64,000 bases of DNA, from NCBI RefSeq assembly GCF_009914755.1, contig NC_060948.1, one strand, 5' to 3'. The notes below the pieces were generated by a model that saw only the letters and a program-made list of their open reading frames with translations, was not told the DNA's origin and made no database searches. Source of the DNA: the human T2T-CHM13v2.0 reference genome, Homo sapiens. This document shows, one piece after another, positions 38,552 to 58,216 of the stretch (position 1 is its first letter; every line of letters starts with the position of its first letter). The position numbers were made by a program, and so were the translations under genes.

Positions 38552-38866
<315 letters not shown>

Positions 38867-40992
38867 AGATCCATATTTTTTAAATGAAAAAAAATTTCAA
38901 AGGTACTCTGCTTGGTACAATAATCAAATGTCTAAACTGAGGAATAAAACATAACCATGAAACCTACTTATAACTGCATATGGAAAATACAGAGGATAAT
39001 TTTTTAAATAACATATTTTGAAAGCCTTAACTAGTAATTTGAAGAGCTGGCATTTGAAAGGCCAGTATGAATATACCTTCAAAGCAGCAACACAGGTTCC
39101 CCATGAGAAAAAGCAAACACAGGGAAAATAAAAACACAAAGGTTCAATCTCTTCTGACCTTTGAAAGACACAGCACAGACAGTGGTCCTTAGGACGAAGA
39201 GCAGGAGACCCCTAATTCCGTCACCATGGCGATAGGGCATAAACATTGCTGGGTGAGGGCACAATCCACATTGTGAGGTCCAACTGCTGCCAGGAAGACA
39301 GGAGTGCTTTTACATAGACCGAAAGGTCATTGAAGGCTCAGAGTTTTGTTTCAAGAACTGAATCCCAAGCCCACACGTTATTAGGCTGCGCTTCTTAAAA
39401 CAAGTTATGAGATGGGAAAAAGGGCACCCACAAACATACGTATACATTATGTATATAATAATATACAGTATCATATATATAATATATATAACCTATGTAT
39501 AATATTGTTTTACATCCTGCATCTTATGTTATATATATTGTATAAAATATAATAATTGATAATATATGTTTATATTTATACAATATGACTTATAGTATAT
39601 ATTATAATTTATGACATATATAATATATGTTATATGTCATATATAGAATATATTATACGGTTAATATACGTATTAAATATAAATTATACATTATATATAT
39701 TATATATAATATATCTGTTATATATAATAACCATTATGCATAATATATATATTATGTCTATGTTATATATAGTATAAAACAACATATAATAATATATAAT
39801 TGTATATATAAAATGCGACATATAATATATATTATATTTTATAACATATGTAATATATATTATATATTATATATAATACGTTGTATGTATAATACCTATA
39901 TTAAATATATATTATATGACTATGTTATTAATTACATGTCACATGTGTTATATATTATATATTTTACATAGAATATACCGGTTACATACAATATATACTA
40001 TGTTACCTATAATGTATAATTTATTACATGTAAAATAAAGAATGCAATATATTATGTATAATTTATAATATACCATATGTGGAATGTGATATAAATAACA
40101 TATAATATATGATATATGATATACAGTATATGATATATAACATACAATATATGATTCGTAATATATATGGTATACAATATATATTTTATGATATGTATTC
40201 TATATGTTTTATATTCTGTTATATATAACTATTTGAAATTATATATAACTGTATAATATTTTATGTAAATATGTAATATAATATATATAACTATATAATA
40301 TATTATATATAACTATATATTATGTTATATATACTTTTATAACATAATTTACATAAAATATCATAATATAATATATATTATATTATTTCATATTACATAA
40401 TATATATTACATATCACCCAATATAACTAACATACATAATATTATAATATAGATTCTATTGTGTTATATTAAATATCATATATATCATGTATCATATATT
40501 CTATAATATATATTACACATTATATAATATATATGTTGTCTATTATGTGATATATATAACTATATATATAATTATATTTTTATACATATAACTAGATAAA
40601 CATGTAATTCTACATATTTCCATTTATAATATGTAGAATTATATAATCATATATAATTATTTATATTCTATAAAAAATTTTATCATTATATAAATTATAA
40701 TATATAAAAATTATAATATGTACTACAAATATATATATTATATATCATATATGATATAGTACCTTTGTTATATTTCATAATACATATAAATGTGTATTAT
40801 GTTATCTATAATTATATAATTTCATATATAAGATGTATAATATGTATCATATATTATATATGTTATGTAATATATATAGTATATATAAGATGACACAGGA
40901 TAAATATTATATACTATGACATATAAAATATATGAGGTTATATGTTACATATAAGGCATAGCACATAACATGTAATATATATCATATATAAA

Positions 40993-41282
40993 TTTTTTTA
41001 GACAGAATCTTGTCCTGTTGCACAGGGTGGGGTACAATGGCGCCATCTTTGCTCACTGCAACTTCTGCCTCACGGGTCCAAGCGATTGTCCTCCCTCAGC
41101 CTCCCAGGTAGCTGGGACTACACCACACTGGGACTACACCAGCTGCCACCATGCCTAGCTAATTTTTTGGATTTTTAGTAGTGACAGCGTTTCACTGTAT
41201 TGGCCAGGATGGTCTTGATCTCTTCACCTTGTGATCCCCTTGCCTTGGCCTCCAAATTTGCTGGGATTACAGGCCTGAGCCA
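40993..41282 (-). mobile_element. Alu relic, unit 18
   Basis: Near-identical copy of 2344-2635; T-tract shortened to T7. Confidence 0.95.
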
Positions 41283-43385
41283 AGATCCATATTTTTTAAA
41301 TGAAAAAAAATTTCAAAGGTACTCTGCTTGGTACAATAATCAAATGTATAAACTGAGGAATAAAACATAACCATGAAACCTACTTATAACTGCATATGGA
41401 AAATACAGAGGATAATTTTTTAAATAACATATTTTGAAAGCCTTAACTAGTAATTTGAAGAGCTGGCATTTGAAAGGCCAGTATGAATATACCTTCAAAG
41501 CAGCAACACAGGTTCCCCATGAGAAAAAGCAAACACAGGGAAAATAAAAACACAAAGGTTCAATCTCTTCTGACCTTTGAAAGACACAGCACAGACAGGG
41601 GTCCTTAGGACGAAGAGCAGAAGACCCCTAATTCCGTCACCATGGCGATAGGGCATAAACATTGCTGGGTGAGGGCACAATCCACATTGTGAGGTCCAAC
41701 TGCTGCCAGGAAGACAGGAGTGCTTTTACATAGACCGAAAGGTCATTGAAGGCTCAGAGTTTTCTTTCAAGAACTGAATCCCAAGCCCACACGTTATTAG
41801 GCTGCGCTTCTTAAAACAAGTTATGAGATGGGAAAAAGGGCACCCACAAACATACGTATACATTATGTATATAATAATATACAGTATCATATATATAATA
41901 TATATAACCTATGTATAATATTGTTTTACATCCTGCATCTTATGTTATATATATTGTATAAAATATAATAATTGATAATATATAAGTTTTATAATTATAC
42001 AACATGACATATAGTATATATTATAATTTATGACATATATAATATATGTTATATGTCATATATAGAATATATTATACGGTTAATATACGTATTAAATATA
42101 AATTATACATTACATATATTATATATAATATATCTGTTATATATAATACCCATTATGCATAATATATATATTATGTCTATGTTATATATAGTATAAAACA
42201 ACATATAATAATATATAATTTTATATATAAAATGCGACATATAATATATATTATATTTTATAACATATGTAATATATATTATATATTATATATAATACGT
42301 TGTATGTATAATACCTATATTAAATATATATTATATGACTATGTTATTAATTACATGTCACATGTGTTATATATTATATATTTTACATAGAATATACCGG
42401 TTACATACAATATATACTATGTTACCTATAATGTATAATTTATTACATGTAAAATAAAGAATGCAATATATTATGTATAATTTATAATATACCATATGTG
42501 GAATGTGATATATATAACATATAATATATGATATATGATATACAGTATATGATATATAACATACAATATATGATTCCTAATATATATGGTATACAATATA
42601 TATTTTATGATATGTATTCTATATGTTTTATATTCTGTTATATATAACTATTTGAAATTATATATAACTATAATATTTTATGTAAATATGTAATAGAATA
42701 TATATAACTATATAATATATTATATATAACTATATATTATGTTATATATACTTTTATAACATAATTTACATAAAATATCATAATATAATATATATTATAT
42801 TATTTCATATTACATAATATATATTACATATCACCCAATATAACTAACATACATAATATTATAATATAGATTATATTGTGTTATATTAAATATCATATAT
42901 ATCATGTATCATATATTCTATAATATATATTACACATTATATAATATGTATGTTGTCTATTATGTGATATATATAACTATATATATAATTATATTTTTGT
43001 ACATATAACTAGATAAACATGTAATTCTACATATTTTCATTTATAATATGTAGAATTATAAAATCATATATAATTATTTATATTCTATAAAAAATTTTAT
43101 CATTATATAAATTATAATATATAAAAATTATAATATGTACTACAAATATATATATTATATATCATATATGATATAGTACCTTTGTTATATTTCATAATAC
43201 ATATAAATGTGTATTATGTTATCTATAATTATATAATTTCATATATTAGATGTATAATATGTATCATAAATTATATATGTTATGTAATATATATAGTATA
43301 TATAAGATGACACAGGATAAATATTATATACTATGACATATAAAATATATGAGGTTATATGTTACATATAAGGCATAGCACATAA

Positions 43386-43700
<315 letters not shown>

Positions 43701-45828
43701 AGATCCATATTTTTTAAATGAAAAAAAATTTCAAAGGTACTCTGCTTGGTACAATAATCAAATGTATAAACTGAGGAATAAAACATAACCATGAAACCTA
43801 CTTATAACTGCATATGGAAAATACAGAGGATAATTTTTTAAATAACATATTTTGAAAGCCTTAACTAGTAATTTGAAGAGCTGGCATTTGAAAGGCCAGT
43901 ATGAATATACCTTCAAAGCAGCAACACAGGTTCCCCATGAGAAAAAGCAAACACAGGGAAAATAAAAACACAAAGGTTCAATCTCTTCTGACCTTTGAAA
44001 GACACAGCACAGACAGTGGTCCTTAGGACGAAGAGCAGGAGACCCCTAATTCCGTCACCATGGCGATAGGGCATAAACATTGCTGGGTGAGGGCACAATC
44101 CACATTGTGAGGTCCAACTGCTGCCAGGAAGACAGGAGTGCTTTTACATAGACCGAAAGGTCATTGAAGGCTCAGAGTTTTGTTTCAAGGACTGAATCCC
44201 AAGCCCACACGTTATTAGGCTGCGCTTCTTAAAACAAGTTATGAGATGGGAAAAAGGGCACCCACAAACATACGTATACATTATGTATATAATAATATAC
44301 AGTATCATATATATAATATATATAACCTATGTATAATATTGTTTTACATCCTGCATCTTATGTTATATATATTGTATAAAATATAATAATTGATAATATA
44401 TAAGTTTTATATTTATACAATATGACATATAGTATATATTATAATTTATGACATATATAATATATGTTATATGTCATATATAGAATATATTATACGGTTA
44501 ATATACGTATTAAATATAAATTATACATTATATATATTATATATAATATATCTGTTATATATAATACCCATTATGCATAATATATATTTTATGTCTATGT
44601 TATATATAGTATAAAACAACATATAATAATATATAATTGTATATATAAAATGCGACATATAATATATATTATATTTTATTACATATGTAATATATATTAT
44701 ATATTATATATAATACGTTGTATGTATAATACCTATATTAAATATATATTATATGACTATGTTATTAATTACATGTCACATGTGTTATATATTATATATT
44801 TTACATAGAATATACCGGTTACATACAATATATACTATGTTACCTATAATGTATAATTTATTACATGTAAAATAAACAATGCAATATATTATGTATAATT
44901 TATAATATACAATATGTGGAATGTGATATATATAACATATAATATATGATATATGATATACAGTATATGATATATAACATACAATATATGATTCCTAATA
45001 TATATGGTATACAATATATATTTTAAGATATGTATTCTATATGTTTTATATTCTGTTATATATAACTATTTGAAATTATATATAACTGTATAATATTTTA
45101 TGTAAATATGTAATATAATATATATAACTATATAATATATTATATATAAGTATATATTATGTTATATATACTTTTATAACATAATTTACATAAAATATCA
45201 TAATATAATATATATTATATTATTTCATATTACATAATATATATTACATATCACCCAATATAACTAACATACATAATATTATAATATAGATTATATTGTG
45301 TTATATTAAATATCATATATATCATGTATCATATATTCTATAATATATATTACACATTATATAATATGTATGTTGTCTATTATGTGATATATATAACTAT
45401 ATATATAATTATATTTTTATACATATAACTAGATAAACATGTAATTCTACATATTTTCATTTATAATATGTATAATTATATAATCATATATAATTATTTA
45501 TATTCTATAAAAAATTTTATCATTATATAAATTATAATATATAAAAATTATAATATGTACTACAAATATATATATTATATATCATATATGATATAGTACT
45601 ATTGTTATATTTCATAATACATATAAATGTGTATTATGTTATCTATAATTATATAATTTCATATATAAGATGTATAATATGTATCATAAATTATATATGT
45701 TGTGTAATATATATAGTATATATAAGATGACACAGGATAAATATTATATACTATGACATATAAAATATATGAGGTTATATGTTACATATAAGGCATAGCA
45801 CATAACATGTAATATATATCATATATAA

Positions 45829-46119
45829 TTTTTTTTAGACAGAATCTTGTCCTGTTGCACAGGGTGGGGTACAATGGCGCCATCTTTGCTGACTGCAAAT
45901 TCTGCCTCACGGGTCCAAGCGATTGTCCTCCCTCAGCCTCCCAGGTAGCTGGGACTACACCACACTGGGACTACACCAGCTGCCACCATGCCTAGCTAAT
46001 TATTTGGATTTTTAGTAGTGACAGCGTTTCACTGTATTGGCCAGGATGGTCTTGATCTCTTCACCTTGTGATCCCCTTGCCTTGGCCTCCAAATTTGCTG
46101 GGATTACAGGCCTGAGCCA
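45829..46119 (-). mobile_element. Alu relic, unit 20
   Basis: Near-identical copy of 2344-2635; T8 tract. Confidence 0.95.
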
Positions 46120-48245
46120 AGATCCATATTTTTTAAATGAAAAAAAATTTCAAAGGTACTCTGCTTGGTACAATAATCAAATGTATAAACTGAGGAATAA
46201 AACATAACCATGAAACCTACTTATAACTGCATATGGAAAATACAGAGGATAATTTTTTAAATAACATATTTTGAAAGCCTTAACTAGTAATTTGAAGAGT
46301 TGGCATTTGAAAGGCCAGTATGAATATACCTTCAAAGCAGCAACACAGGTTCCCCATGAGAAAAAGCAAACACAGGGAAAATAAAAACACAAAGGTTCAA
46401 TCTCTTCTGACCTTTGAAAGACACAGCACAGACAGTGGTCCTTAGGACGAAGAGCAGGAGACCCCTAATTCCGTCACCATGGCGATAGGGCATAAACATT
46501 GCTGGGTGAGGGCACAATCCACATTGTGAGGTCCAACTGCTGCCAGGAAGACAGGAGTGCTTTTACATAGACCGAAAGGTCATTGAAGGCTCAGAGTTTT
46601 CTTTCAAGAACTGAATCCCAAGCCCACACGTTATTAGGCTGCGCTTCTTAAAACAAGTTATGAGATGGGAAAAAGGGCACCCACAAACATACGTATACAT
46701 TATGTGTATAATAATATACAGTATCATATATATAATATATATAACCTATGTATAATATTGTTTTACATCCTGCATCTTATGTTATATATATTGTATAAAA
46801 TATAATAATTGATAATATATAAGTTTTATAATTATACAATATGACATATAGTATATATTATAATTTATGACATATATAATATATGTTATATGTCATATAT
46901 AGAATATATTATACGGTTAATATACGTATTAAATATAAATTATACATTATATATATTATATATAATATATCTGTTATATATAATACCCATTATGCATAAT
47001 ATATATATTATGTCTATGTTATATATAGTATAAAACAACATATAATAATATATAATTGTATATATAAAATGCGACATATAATATATATTATATTTTATAA
47101 CATATGTAATATATATTATATATTATATATAATACGTTGTATGTATAATACCAATATTAAATATATATTATATGACTATGTTATTAATTACATGTCACAT
47201 GTGTTATATATTATATATTTTACATAGAATATACCGGTTACATACAATATATACTATGTTACCTATAATGTATAATTTATTACATGTAAAATAAACAATG
47301 CAATATATTATGAATAATATATAATATACAATATGTGGAATGTGATATATATAACATATAATATATGATATATGATATACAGTATATGATATATAACATA
47401 CAATATATGATTCCTAATATATATGGTATACAATATATATTTTATGATATGTATTCTATATGTTTTATATTCTATTATATATAACTATTTGAAATTATAT
47501 ATAACTGTATAATATTTTATGTAAATATGTAATATAATATATATAACTATATAATATATTATATATAACTATATATTATGTTATATATACTTTTATAACA
47601 TAATTTACATAAAATATCATAATATAATATATATTATATTATTTCATATTACATAATATATATTACATATCACCCAATATAACTAACATACATAATATTA
47701 TAATATAGATTATATTGTGTTATATTAAATATCATATATATCATGTATCATATATTCTATAATATGTATTACACATTATATAATATGTATGTTGTCTATT
47801 ATGTGATATATATAACTATATATAATTATATTTTTATACATATAACTAGATAAACATGTAATTCTACATATATTCATTTATAATATGTAGAATTATATAA
47901 TCATATATAATTATTTATATTCTATAAAAAATTTTATCATTATATAAAGTATAATATATAAAAATTATAATATGTACTACAAATATATATATTATATATC
48001 ATATATGATATAGTACCATTGTTATATTTCATAATACATATAAATGTGTATTATGTTATCTATAATTATATAATTTCATATATAAGATGTATAATATGTA
48101 TCATAAATTATATATGTTATGTAATATATATAGTATATATAAGATGACACAGGATAAATATTATATACTATGACATATAAAATATATGAGGTTATATGTT
48201 ACATATAAGGCATAGCACATAACATGTAATATATATCATATATAA

Positions 48246-48537
48246 TTTTTTTTTAGACAGAATCTTGTCCTGTTGCACAGGGTGGGGTACAATGGCGCCA
48301 TCTTTGCTGACTGCAACTTCTACCTCACGGGTCCAAGCGATTGTCCTCCCTCAGCCTCCCAGGTAGCTGGGACTACACCACACTGGGACTACACCAGCTG
48401 CCACCATGCCTAGCTAATTTTTTTGATTTTTAGTAGTGACAGCGTTTCACTGTATTGGCCAGGATGGTCTTGATCTCTTCACCTTGTGATCCCCTTGCCT
48501 TTGCCTCCAAATTTGCTGGGATTACAGGCCTGAGCCA
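48246..48537 (-). mobile_element. Alu relic, unit 21
   Basis: Near-identical copy of 2344-2635. Confidence 0.95.
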
Positions 48538-50642
48538 AGATCCATATTTTTTAAATGAAAAAAAATTTCAAAGGTACTCTGCTTGGTACAATAATCAAAT
48601 GTATAAACTGAGGAATAAAACATAACCATGAAACCTACTTATAACTGCATATGGAAAATACAGAGGATAATTTTTTAAATAACATATTTTGAAAGCCTTA
48701 ACTAGTAATTTGAAGAGTTGGCATTTGAAAGGCCAGTATGAATATACCTTCAAAGCAGCAACACAGGTTCCCCATGAGAAAAAGCAAACACAGGGAAAAT
48801 AAAAACACAAAGGTTCAATCTCTTCTGACCTTTGAAAGACACAGCACAGACAGTGGTCCTTAGGACGAAGAGCAGGAGAACCCTAATTCCGTCACCATGG
48901 CGATAGGGCATAAACATTGCTGGGTGAGGGCACAATCCACATTGTGAGGTCCAACTGCTGCCAGGAAGACAGGAGTGCTTTTACATAGACCGAAAGGTCA
49001 TTGAAGGCTCAGAGTTTTCTTTCAAGAACTGAATCCCAAGCCCACACGTTATTAGGCTGCGCTTCTTAAAACAAGTTATGAGATGGGAAAAAGGGCACCC
49101 ACAAACATACGTATACATTATGTATATAACAATATACAGTATCATATATATAATATATATAACCTATGTATAATATTGTTTTACATCCTGCATCTAATGT
49201 TATATATATTGTATAAAATATAATAATTGATAATATATAAGTTTTATAATTATACAATATGACATATAGTATATATTATAATTTATGACATATATAATAT
49301 ATGTTATATGTCATATATAGAATATATTATACGGTTAATATACGTATTAAATATAAATTATACATTATATATATTATATATAATATATCTGTTATATATA
49401 ATACCCATTATGCATAATATATATATTATGTCTATGTTATATATAGCATAAAACAACATATAATAATATATAATTGTATATATAAAATGCGACATATAAT
49501 ATATATTATATTTTATTACATATGTAATATATATTATATATTATATATAATACGTTGTATGTATAATACCTATATTAAATATATATTATATGACTATGTT
49601 ATTAATTACATGTCACATGCGTTATATATTATATATTTTACATAGAATATACCGGTTACATACAATATATACTATGTTACCTATAATGTATAATTTATTA
49701 CATGTAAAATAAAGAATGCAATATATTATGTAAAATTTATAATATACCATATGTGGAATGTGATATATATAACATATAATATATGATATATGATGTACAG
49801 TATATGATATATAACATACAATATATGATTCCTAATATATATGGTATACAATATATATTTTATGTTATGTATTCTATATGTTTTATATTCTGTTATATAT
49901 AACTATTTGAAATTATATATAACTGTATAATATTTTATGTAAATATGTAATATAATATATATAACTATATAATATATTATATATAACTATATATTATGTT
50001 ATATATACTTTTATAACATAATTTACATAAAATATCATAATATAATATATAATATATTATTTCATATTACATAATATATATTACATATCACCCAATATAA
50101 CTAACATACATAATATTATAATATAGATTATATTATGTTATATTAAATATCATATATATCATGTATCATATATTCTATAATATATATTACACCTTATATA
50201 ATATGTATGTTGTCTATTATGTGATATATATAACTATATATATAATTATATTTTTATACATATAACTAGATAAACATGTAATTCTACATATTTTCATTTA
50301 TAATATGTAGAATTATATAATCATATATAATTATTTATATTCTATAAAAAATTTTATCATTATATAAATTATAATATATAAAAATTATAATATGTACTAC
50401 AAATATATATATTATATATCATATATGATATAGTACCTTTGTTATATATCATAATACATATAAATGTGTATTATGTTATCTATAATTATATAATTTCATA
50501 TATAAGATGTATAATGTGTATCATATATTATATATGTTATGTAATATATATAGTATATATAAGATGACACAGGATAAATATTATATACTATGACATATAA
50601 AATATATGAGGTTATATGTTACATATAAGGCATAGCACATAA

Positions 50643-50957
<315 letters not shown>

Positions 50958-53085
50958 AGATCCATATTTTTTAAATGAAAAAAAATTTCAAAGGTACTCT
51001 GCTTGGTACAATAATCAAATGTATAAACTGAGGAATAAAACATAACCATGAAACCTACTTATAACTGCATATGGAAAATACAGAGGATAATTTTTTAAAT
51101 AACATATTTTGAAAGCCTTAACTAGTAATTTGAAGAGTTGGCATTTGAAAGGCCAGTATGAATATACCTTCAAAGCAGCAACACAGGTTCCCCATGAGAA
51201 AAAGCAAACACAGGGAAAATAAAAACACAAAGGTTCAATCTCTTCTGACCTTTGAAAGACACAGCACAGACAGTGGTCCTTAGGACGAAGAGCAGGAGAC
51301 CCCTAATTCCGTCACCATGGCGATAGGGCATAAACATTGCTGGGTGAGGGCACAATCCACATTGTGAGGTCCAACTGCTGCCAGGAAGACAGGAGTGCTT
51401 TTACATAGACCGAAAGGTCATTGAAGGCTCAGAGTTTTGTTTCAAGAACTGAATCCCAAGCCCACACGTTATTAGGCTGCGCTTCTTAAAACAAGTTATG
51501 AGATGGGAAAAAGGGCACCCACAAACATACGTATACATTATGTATATAATAATATACAGTATCATATATATAATATATATAACCTATGTATAATATTGTT
51601 TTACATCCTGCATCTAATGTTATATATATTGTATAAAATATAATAATTGATAATATATAAGTTTTATAATTATACAATATGACATATAGTATATATTATA
51701 ATTTATGACATATATAATATATGTTATATGTCATATATAGAATATATTATACGGTTAATATACGTATTAAATATAAATTATACATTATATATATTATATA
51801 TAATATATCTGTTATATATAATACCCATTATGCATAATATATATATTATGTCTATGTTATATATAGCATAAAACAACATATAATAATATATAATTGTATA
51901 TATAAAATGCGACATATAATATATATTATATTTTATTACATATGTAATATATATTATATATTATATATAATACGTTGTATGTATAATACCTATATTAAAT
52001 ATATATTATATGACTATGTTATTAATTACATGTCACATGCGTTATATATTATATATTTTATATAGAATATACCGGTTACATACAATATATACTATGTTAC
52101 CTATAATGTATAATTTATTACATGTAAAATAAAGAATGCAATATATTATGTAAAATTTATAATATACCATATGTGGAATGTGATATATATAACATATAAT
52201 ATATGATATATGATGTACAGTATATGATATATAACATACAATATATGATTCCTAATATATATGGTATACAATATATATTTTATGTTATGCATTCTATATG
52301 TTTTATATTCTGTTATATATAACTATTTGAAATTATATATAACTGTATAATATTTTATGTAAATATGTAATATAATATATATAACTATATAATATATTAT
52401 ATATAACTATATATTATGTTATATATACTTTTATAACATAATTTACATAAAATATCATAATATAATATATATTATATTATTTCATATTACATAATATATA
52501 TTACATATCACCCAATATAACTAACATACATAATATTATAATATAGATTATATTATGTTATATTAAATATCATATATATCATGTATCATATATTCTATAA
52601 TATATATTACACCTTATATAATATGTATGTTGTCTATTATGTGATATATATAACTATATATATAATTATATTTTTATACATATAACTAGATAAACATGTA
52701 ATTCTACATATTTTCATTTATAATATGTAGAATTATATAATCATATATAATTATTTATATTCTATAAAAAATTTTATCATTATATAAATTATAATATATA
52801 AAAATTATAATATGTACTACAAATATATATATTATATATCATATATGATATAGTACTATTGTTATATTTCATAATACATATAAATGTGTATTATGTTATC
52901 TATAATTATATAATTTCATATATAAGATGTATAATATGTATCATAAATTATATATGTTGTGTAATATATATAGTATATATAAGATGACACAGGATAAATA
53001 TTATATACTATGACATATAAAATATATGAGGTTATATGTTACATATAAGGCATAGCACAGAACATGTAATATATATCATATATAA

Positions 53086-53377
53086 TTTTTTTTTAGACAG
53101 AATCTTGTCCTGTTGCACAGGGTGGGGTACAATGGCGCCATCTTTGCTCACTGCAACTTCTGCCTCACGGGTCCAAGCGATTGTCCTCCCTCAGCCTCCC
53201 AGGTAGCTGGGACTACACCACACTGGGACTACACCAGCTGCCACCATGCCTAGCTAATTTTTTGGATTTTTAGTAGTGACAGCGTTTCACTGTATTGGCC
53301 AGGATGGTCTTGATCTCTTCACCTTGTGATCCCCTTGCCTTGGCCTCCAAATTTGCTGGGATTACAGGCCTGAGCCA
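53086..53377 (-). mobile_element. Alu relic, unit 23
   Basis: Near-identical copy of 2344-2635. Confidence 0.95.
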
Positions 53378-55481
53378 AGATCCATATTTTTTAAATGAAA
53401 AAAAATTTCAAAGGTACTCTGCTTGGTACAATAATCAAATGTATAAACTGAGGAATAAAACATAACCATGAAACCTACTTATAACTGCATATGGAAAATA
53501 CAGAGGATAATTTTTTAAATAACATATTTTGAAAGCCTTAACTAGTAATTTGAAGAGTTGGCATTTGAAAGGCCAGTATGAATATACCTTCAAAGCAGCA
53601 ACACAGGTTCCCCATGAGAAAAAGCAAACACAGGGAAAATAAAAACACAAAGGTTCAATCTCTTCTGACCTTTGAAAGACACAGCACAGACAGTGGTCCT
53701 TAGGACGAAGAGCAGGAGACCCCTAATTCCGTCACCATGGCGATAGGGCATAAACATTGCTGGGTGAGGGCACAATCCACATTGTGAGGTCCAACTGCTG
53801 CCAGGAAGACAGGAGTGCTTTTACATAGACCGAAAGGTCATTGAAGGCTCAGAGTTTTGTTTCAAGAACTGAATCCCAAGCCCACACGTTATTAGGCTGC
53901 GCTTCTTAAAACAAGTTATGAGATGGGAAAAAGGGCACCCACAAACATACGTATACATTATGTATATAATAATATACAGTATCATATATATAATATATAT
54001 AACCTATGTATAATATTGTTTTACATCCTGCATCTAATGTTATATATATTGTATAAAATATAATAATTGATAATATATAAGTTTTATAATTATACAATAT
54101 GACATATAGTATATATTATAATTTATGACATATATAATATATGTTATATGTCATATATAGAATATATTATACGGTTAATATACGTATTAAATATAAATTA
54201 TACATTATATATATTATATATAATATATCTGTTATATATAATACCCATTATGCATAATATATATATTATGTCTATGTTATATATAGTATAAAACAACATA
54301 TAATAATATATAATTGTATATATAAAATGCGACATATAATATATATTATATTTTATAACATATGTAATATATATTATATATTATATATAATACGTTGTAT
54401 GTATAATACCTATATTAAATATATATTATATGACTATGTTATTAATTACATGTCACATGTGTTATATATTATATATTTTACATAGAATATACCGGTTACA
54501 TACAATATATACTATGTTACCTATAATGTATAATTTATTACATGTAAAATAAAGAATGCAATATATTATGTAAAATTTATAATATACCATATGTGGAATG
54601 TGATATATATAACATATAATATATGATATATGATGTACAGTATATGATATATAACATACAATATATGATTCCTAATATATATGGTATACAATATATATTT
54701 TATGATATGTATTCTATATGTTTTATATTCTGTTATATATAACTATTTGAAATTATATATAACTGTATAATATTTTATGTAAATATGTAATATAATATAT
54801 ATAACTATATAATATATTATATATAACTATATATTATGTTATATATACTTTTATAACATAATTTACATAAAATATCGTAATATAATATATATTATATTAT
54901 TTCATATTACATAAAATATATTACATATCACCCAATATAACTAACATACATAATATTATAATATAGATTATATTATGTTATAATAAATATCATATATATC
55001 ATGTATCATATATTCTATAATATATATTACACATTATATAATATGTATGTTGTCTATTATGTGATATATATAACTATATATATAATTATATTTGTATACA
55101 TATAACTAGATAAACATGTAATTCTACATATTTTCATTTATAATATGTAGAATTATATAATCATATATAATTATTTATATTCTAAAAAAATTTTATCATT
55201 ATATAAATTATTATATATAAAAACTATAATATGTACTACAAATATATATATTATATATCATATATGCTATAGTACCTTTGTTATATATCATAATACATAT
55301 AAATGTGTATTATGTTATCTATAATTATATAATTTCATATATAAGTTGTATAATATGTATCATATATTATATATGTTATGTAATATATATAGTATATATA
55401 AGATGACACAGGATAAATATTATATACTATGACATATAAAATATATGAGGTTATATGTTACATATAAGGCATAGCACATAA

Positions 55482-55796
<315 letters not shown>

Positions 55797-57901
55797 AGAT
55801 CCATATTTTTTAAATGAAAAAAAATTTCAAAGGTACTCTGCTTGGTACAATAATCAAATGTATAAACTGAGGAATAAAACATAACCATGAAACCTACTTA
55901 TAACTGCATATGGAAAATACAGAGGATAATTTTTTAAATAACATATTTTGAAAGCCTTAACTAGTAATTTGAAGAGTTGGCATTTGAAAGGCCAGTATGA
56001 ATATACCTTCAAAGCAGCAACACAGGTTCCCCATGAGAAAAAGCAAACACAGGGAAAATAAAAACACAAAGGTTCAATCTCTTCTGACCTTTGAAAGACA
56101 CAGCACAGACAGTGGTCCTTAGGACGAAGAGCAGGAGTCCCCTAATTCCGTCACCATGGCGATAGGGCATAAACATTGCTGGGTGAGGGCACAATCCACA
56201 TTGTGAGGTCCAACTGCTGCCAGGAAGACAGGAGTGCTTTTACATAGACCGAAAGGTCATTGAAGGCTCAGAGTTTTCTTTCAAGAACTGAATCCCAAGC
56301 CCACACGTTATTAGGCTGCGCTTCTTAAAACCAGTTATGAGATGGGAAAAAGGGCACCCACAAACATACGTATACATTATGTATATAATAATATACAGTA
56401 TCATATATATAATATATATAACCTATGTATAATATTGTTTTACATCCTGCATCTTATGTTATATATATTGTATAAAATATAATAATTGATAATATATAAG
56501 TTTTATAATTATACAATATGACATATAGTATATATTATAATTTATGAAATATATAATATATGTTATATGTCATATATAGAATATATTATACGGTTAATAT
56601 ACGTATTAAATATAAATTATACATTATATATATTATATATAATATATCTGTTATATATAATACCCATTATGCATAATATATATATTATGTCTATGTTATA
56701 TATAGTATAAAACAACATATAATAATATATAATTGTATATATAAAATGCGACATATAATATATATTATATTTTATAACATATGTAATATATATTATATAT
56801 TATATATAATACGTTGTATGTATAATACCTATATTAAATATATATTATATGACTATGTTATTAATTACATGTCACATGTGTTATATATTATATATTTTAC
56901 ATAGAATATACCGGTTACATACAATATATACTATGTTACCTATAATGTATAATTTATTACATGTAAAATAAAGAATGCAATATATTATGTATAATTTATA
57001 ATATACCATATGTGGAATGTGATATATATAACATATAATATATGATATATGATATACAGTATATGATATATAACATAGAATATATGATTCCTAATATATA
57101 TGGTATACAATATATATTTTATGATATGTATTCTATATGTTTTATATTCTGTTATATATAACTATTTGAAATTATATATAACTGTATAATATTTTATGTA
57201 AATATGTAATATAATATATATAACTATATAATATATTATATATAACTATATATTATGTTATATATACTTTTATAACATAATTTACATAAAATATCATAAT
57301 ATAATATATATTATATTATTTCATATTACATAATATATATTACATATCACCCAATATAACTAACATACATAATATTATAATATAGATTATATTGTGTTAT
57401 ATTAAATATCATATATATCATGTATCATATATTCTATAATATATATTACACCTTATATAATATGTATGTTGTCTATTATGTGATATATATAACTATATAT
57501 ATAATTATATTTTTATACATATAACTAGATAAACATGTAATTCTACATATTTTCATTTATAATATGTAGAATTATATAATCATATATAATTATTTATATT
57601 CTATAAAAAATTTTATCATTATATAAATTATAATATATAAAAATTATAATATGTACTACAAATATATATATTATATATCATATATGATATAGTACCTTTG
57701 TTATATATCATAATACATATAAATGTGTATTATGTTATCTATAATTATATAATTTCATATATAAGATGTATAATATGTATCATATATTATATATGTTATG
57801 TAATATATATAGTATATATAAGATGACACAGGATAAATATTATATACTATGACATATAAAATATATGAGGTTATATGTTACATATAAGGCATAGCACATA
57901 A

Positions 57902-58216
<315 letters not shown>

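Noticed and set aside
49066-49257. 63-aa Y/I-rich ORF in units 21, 22, 23 and 27
   Set aside because: It is created by a single T>A variant (CATCTAAT) that removes a minus-strand stop in low-complexity TA sequence, so it is a translation artefact.
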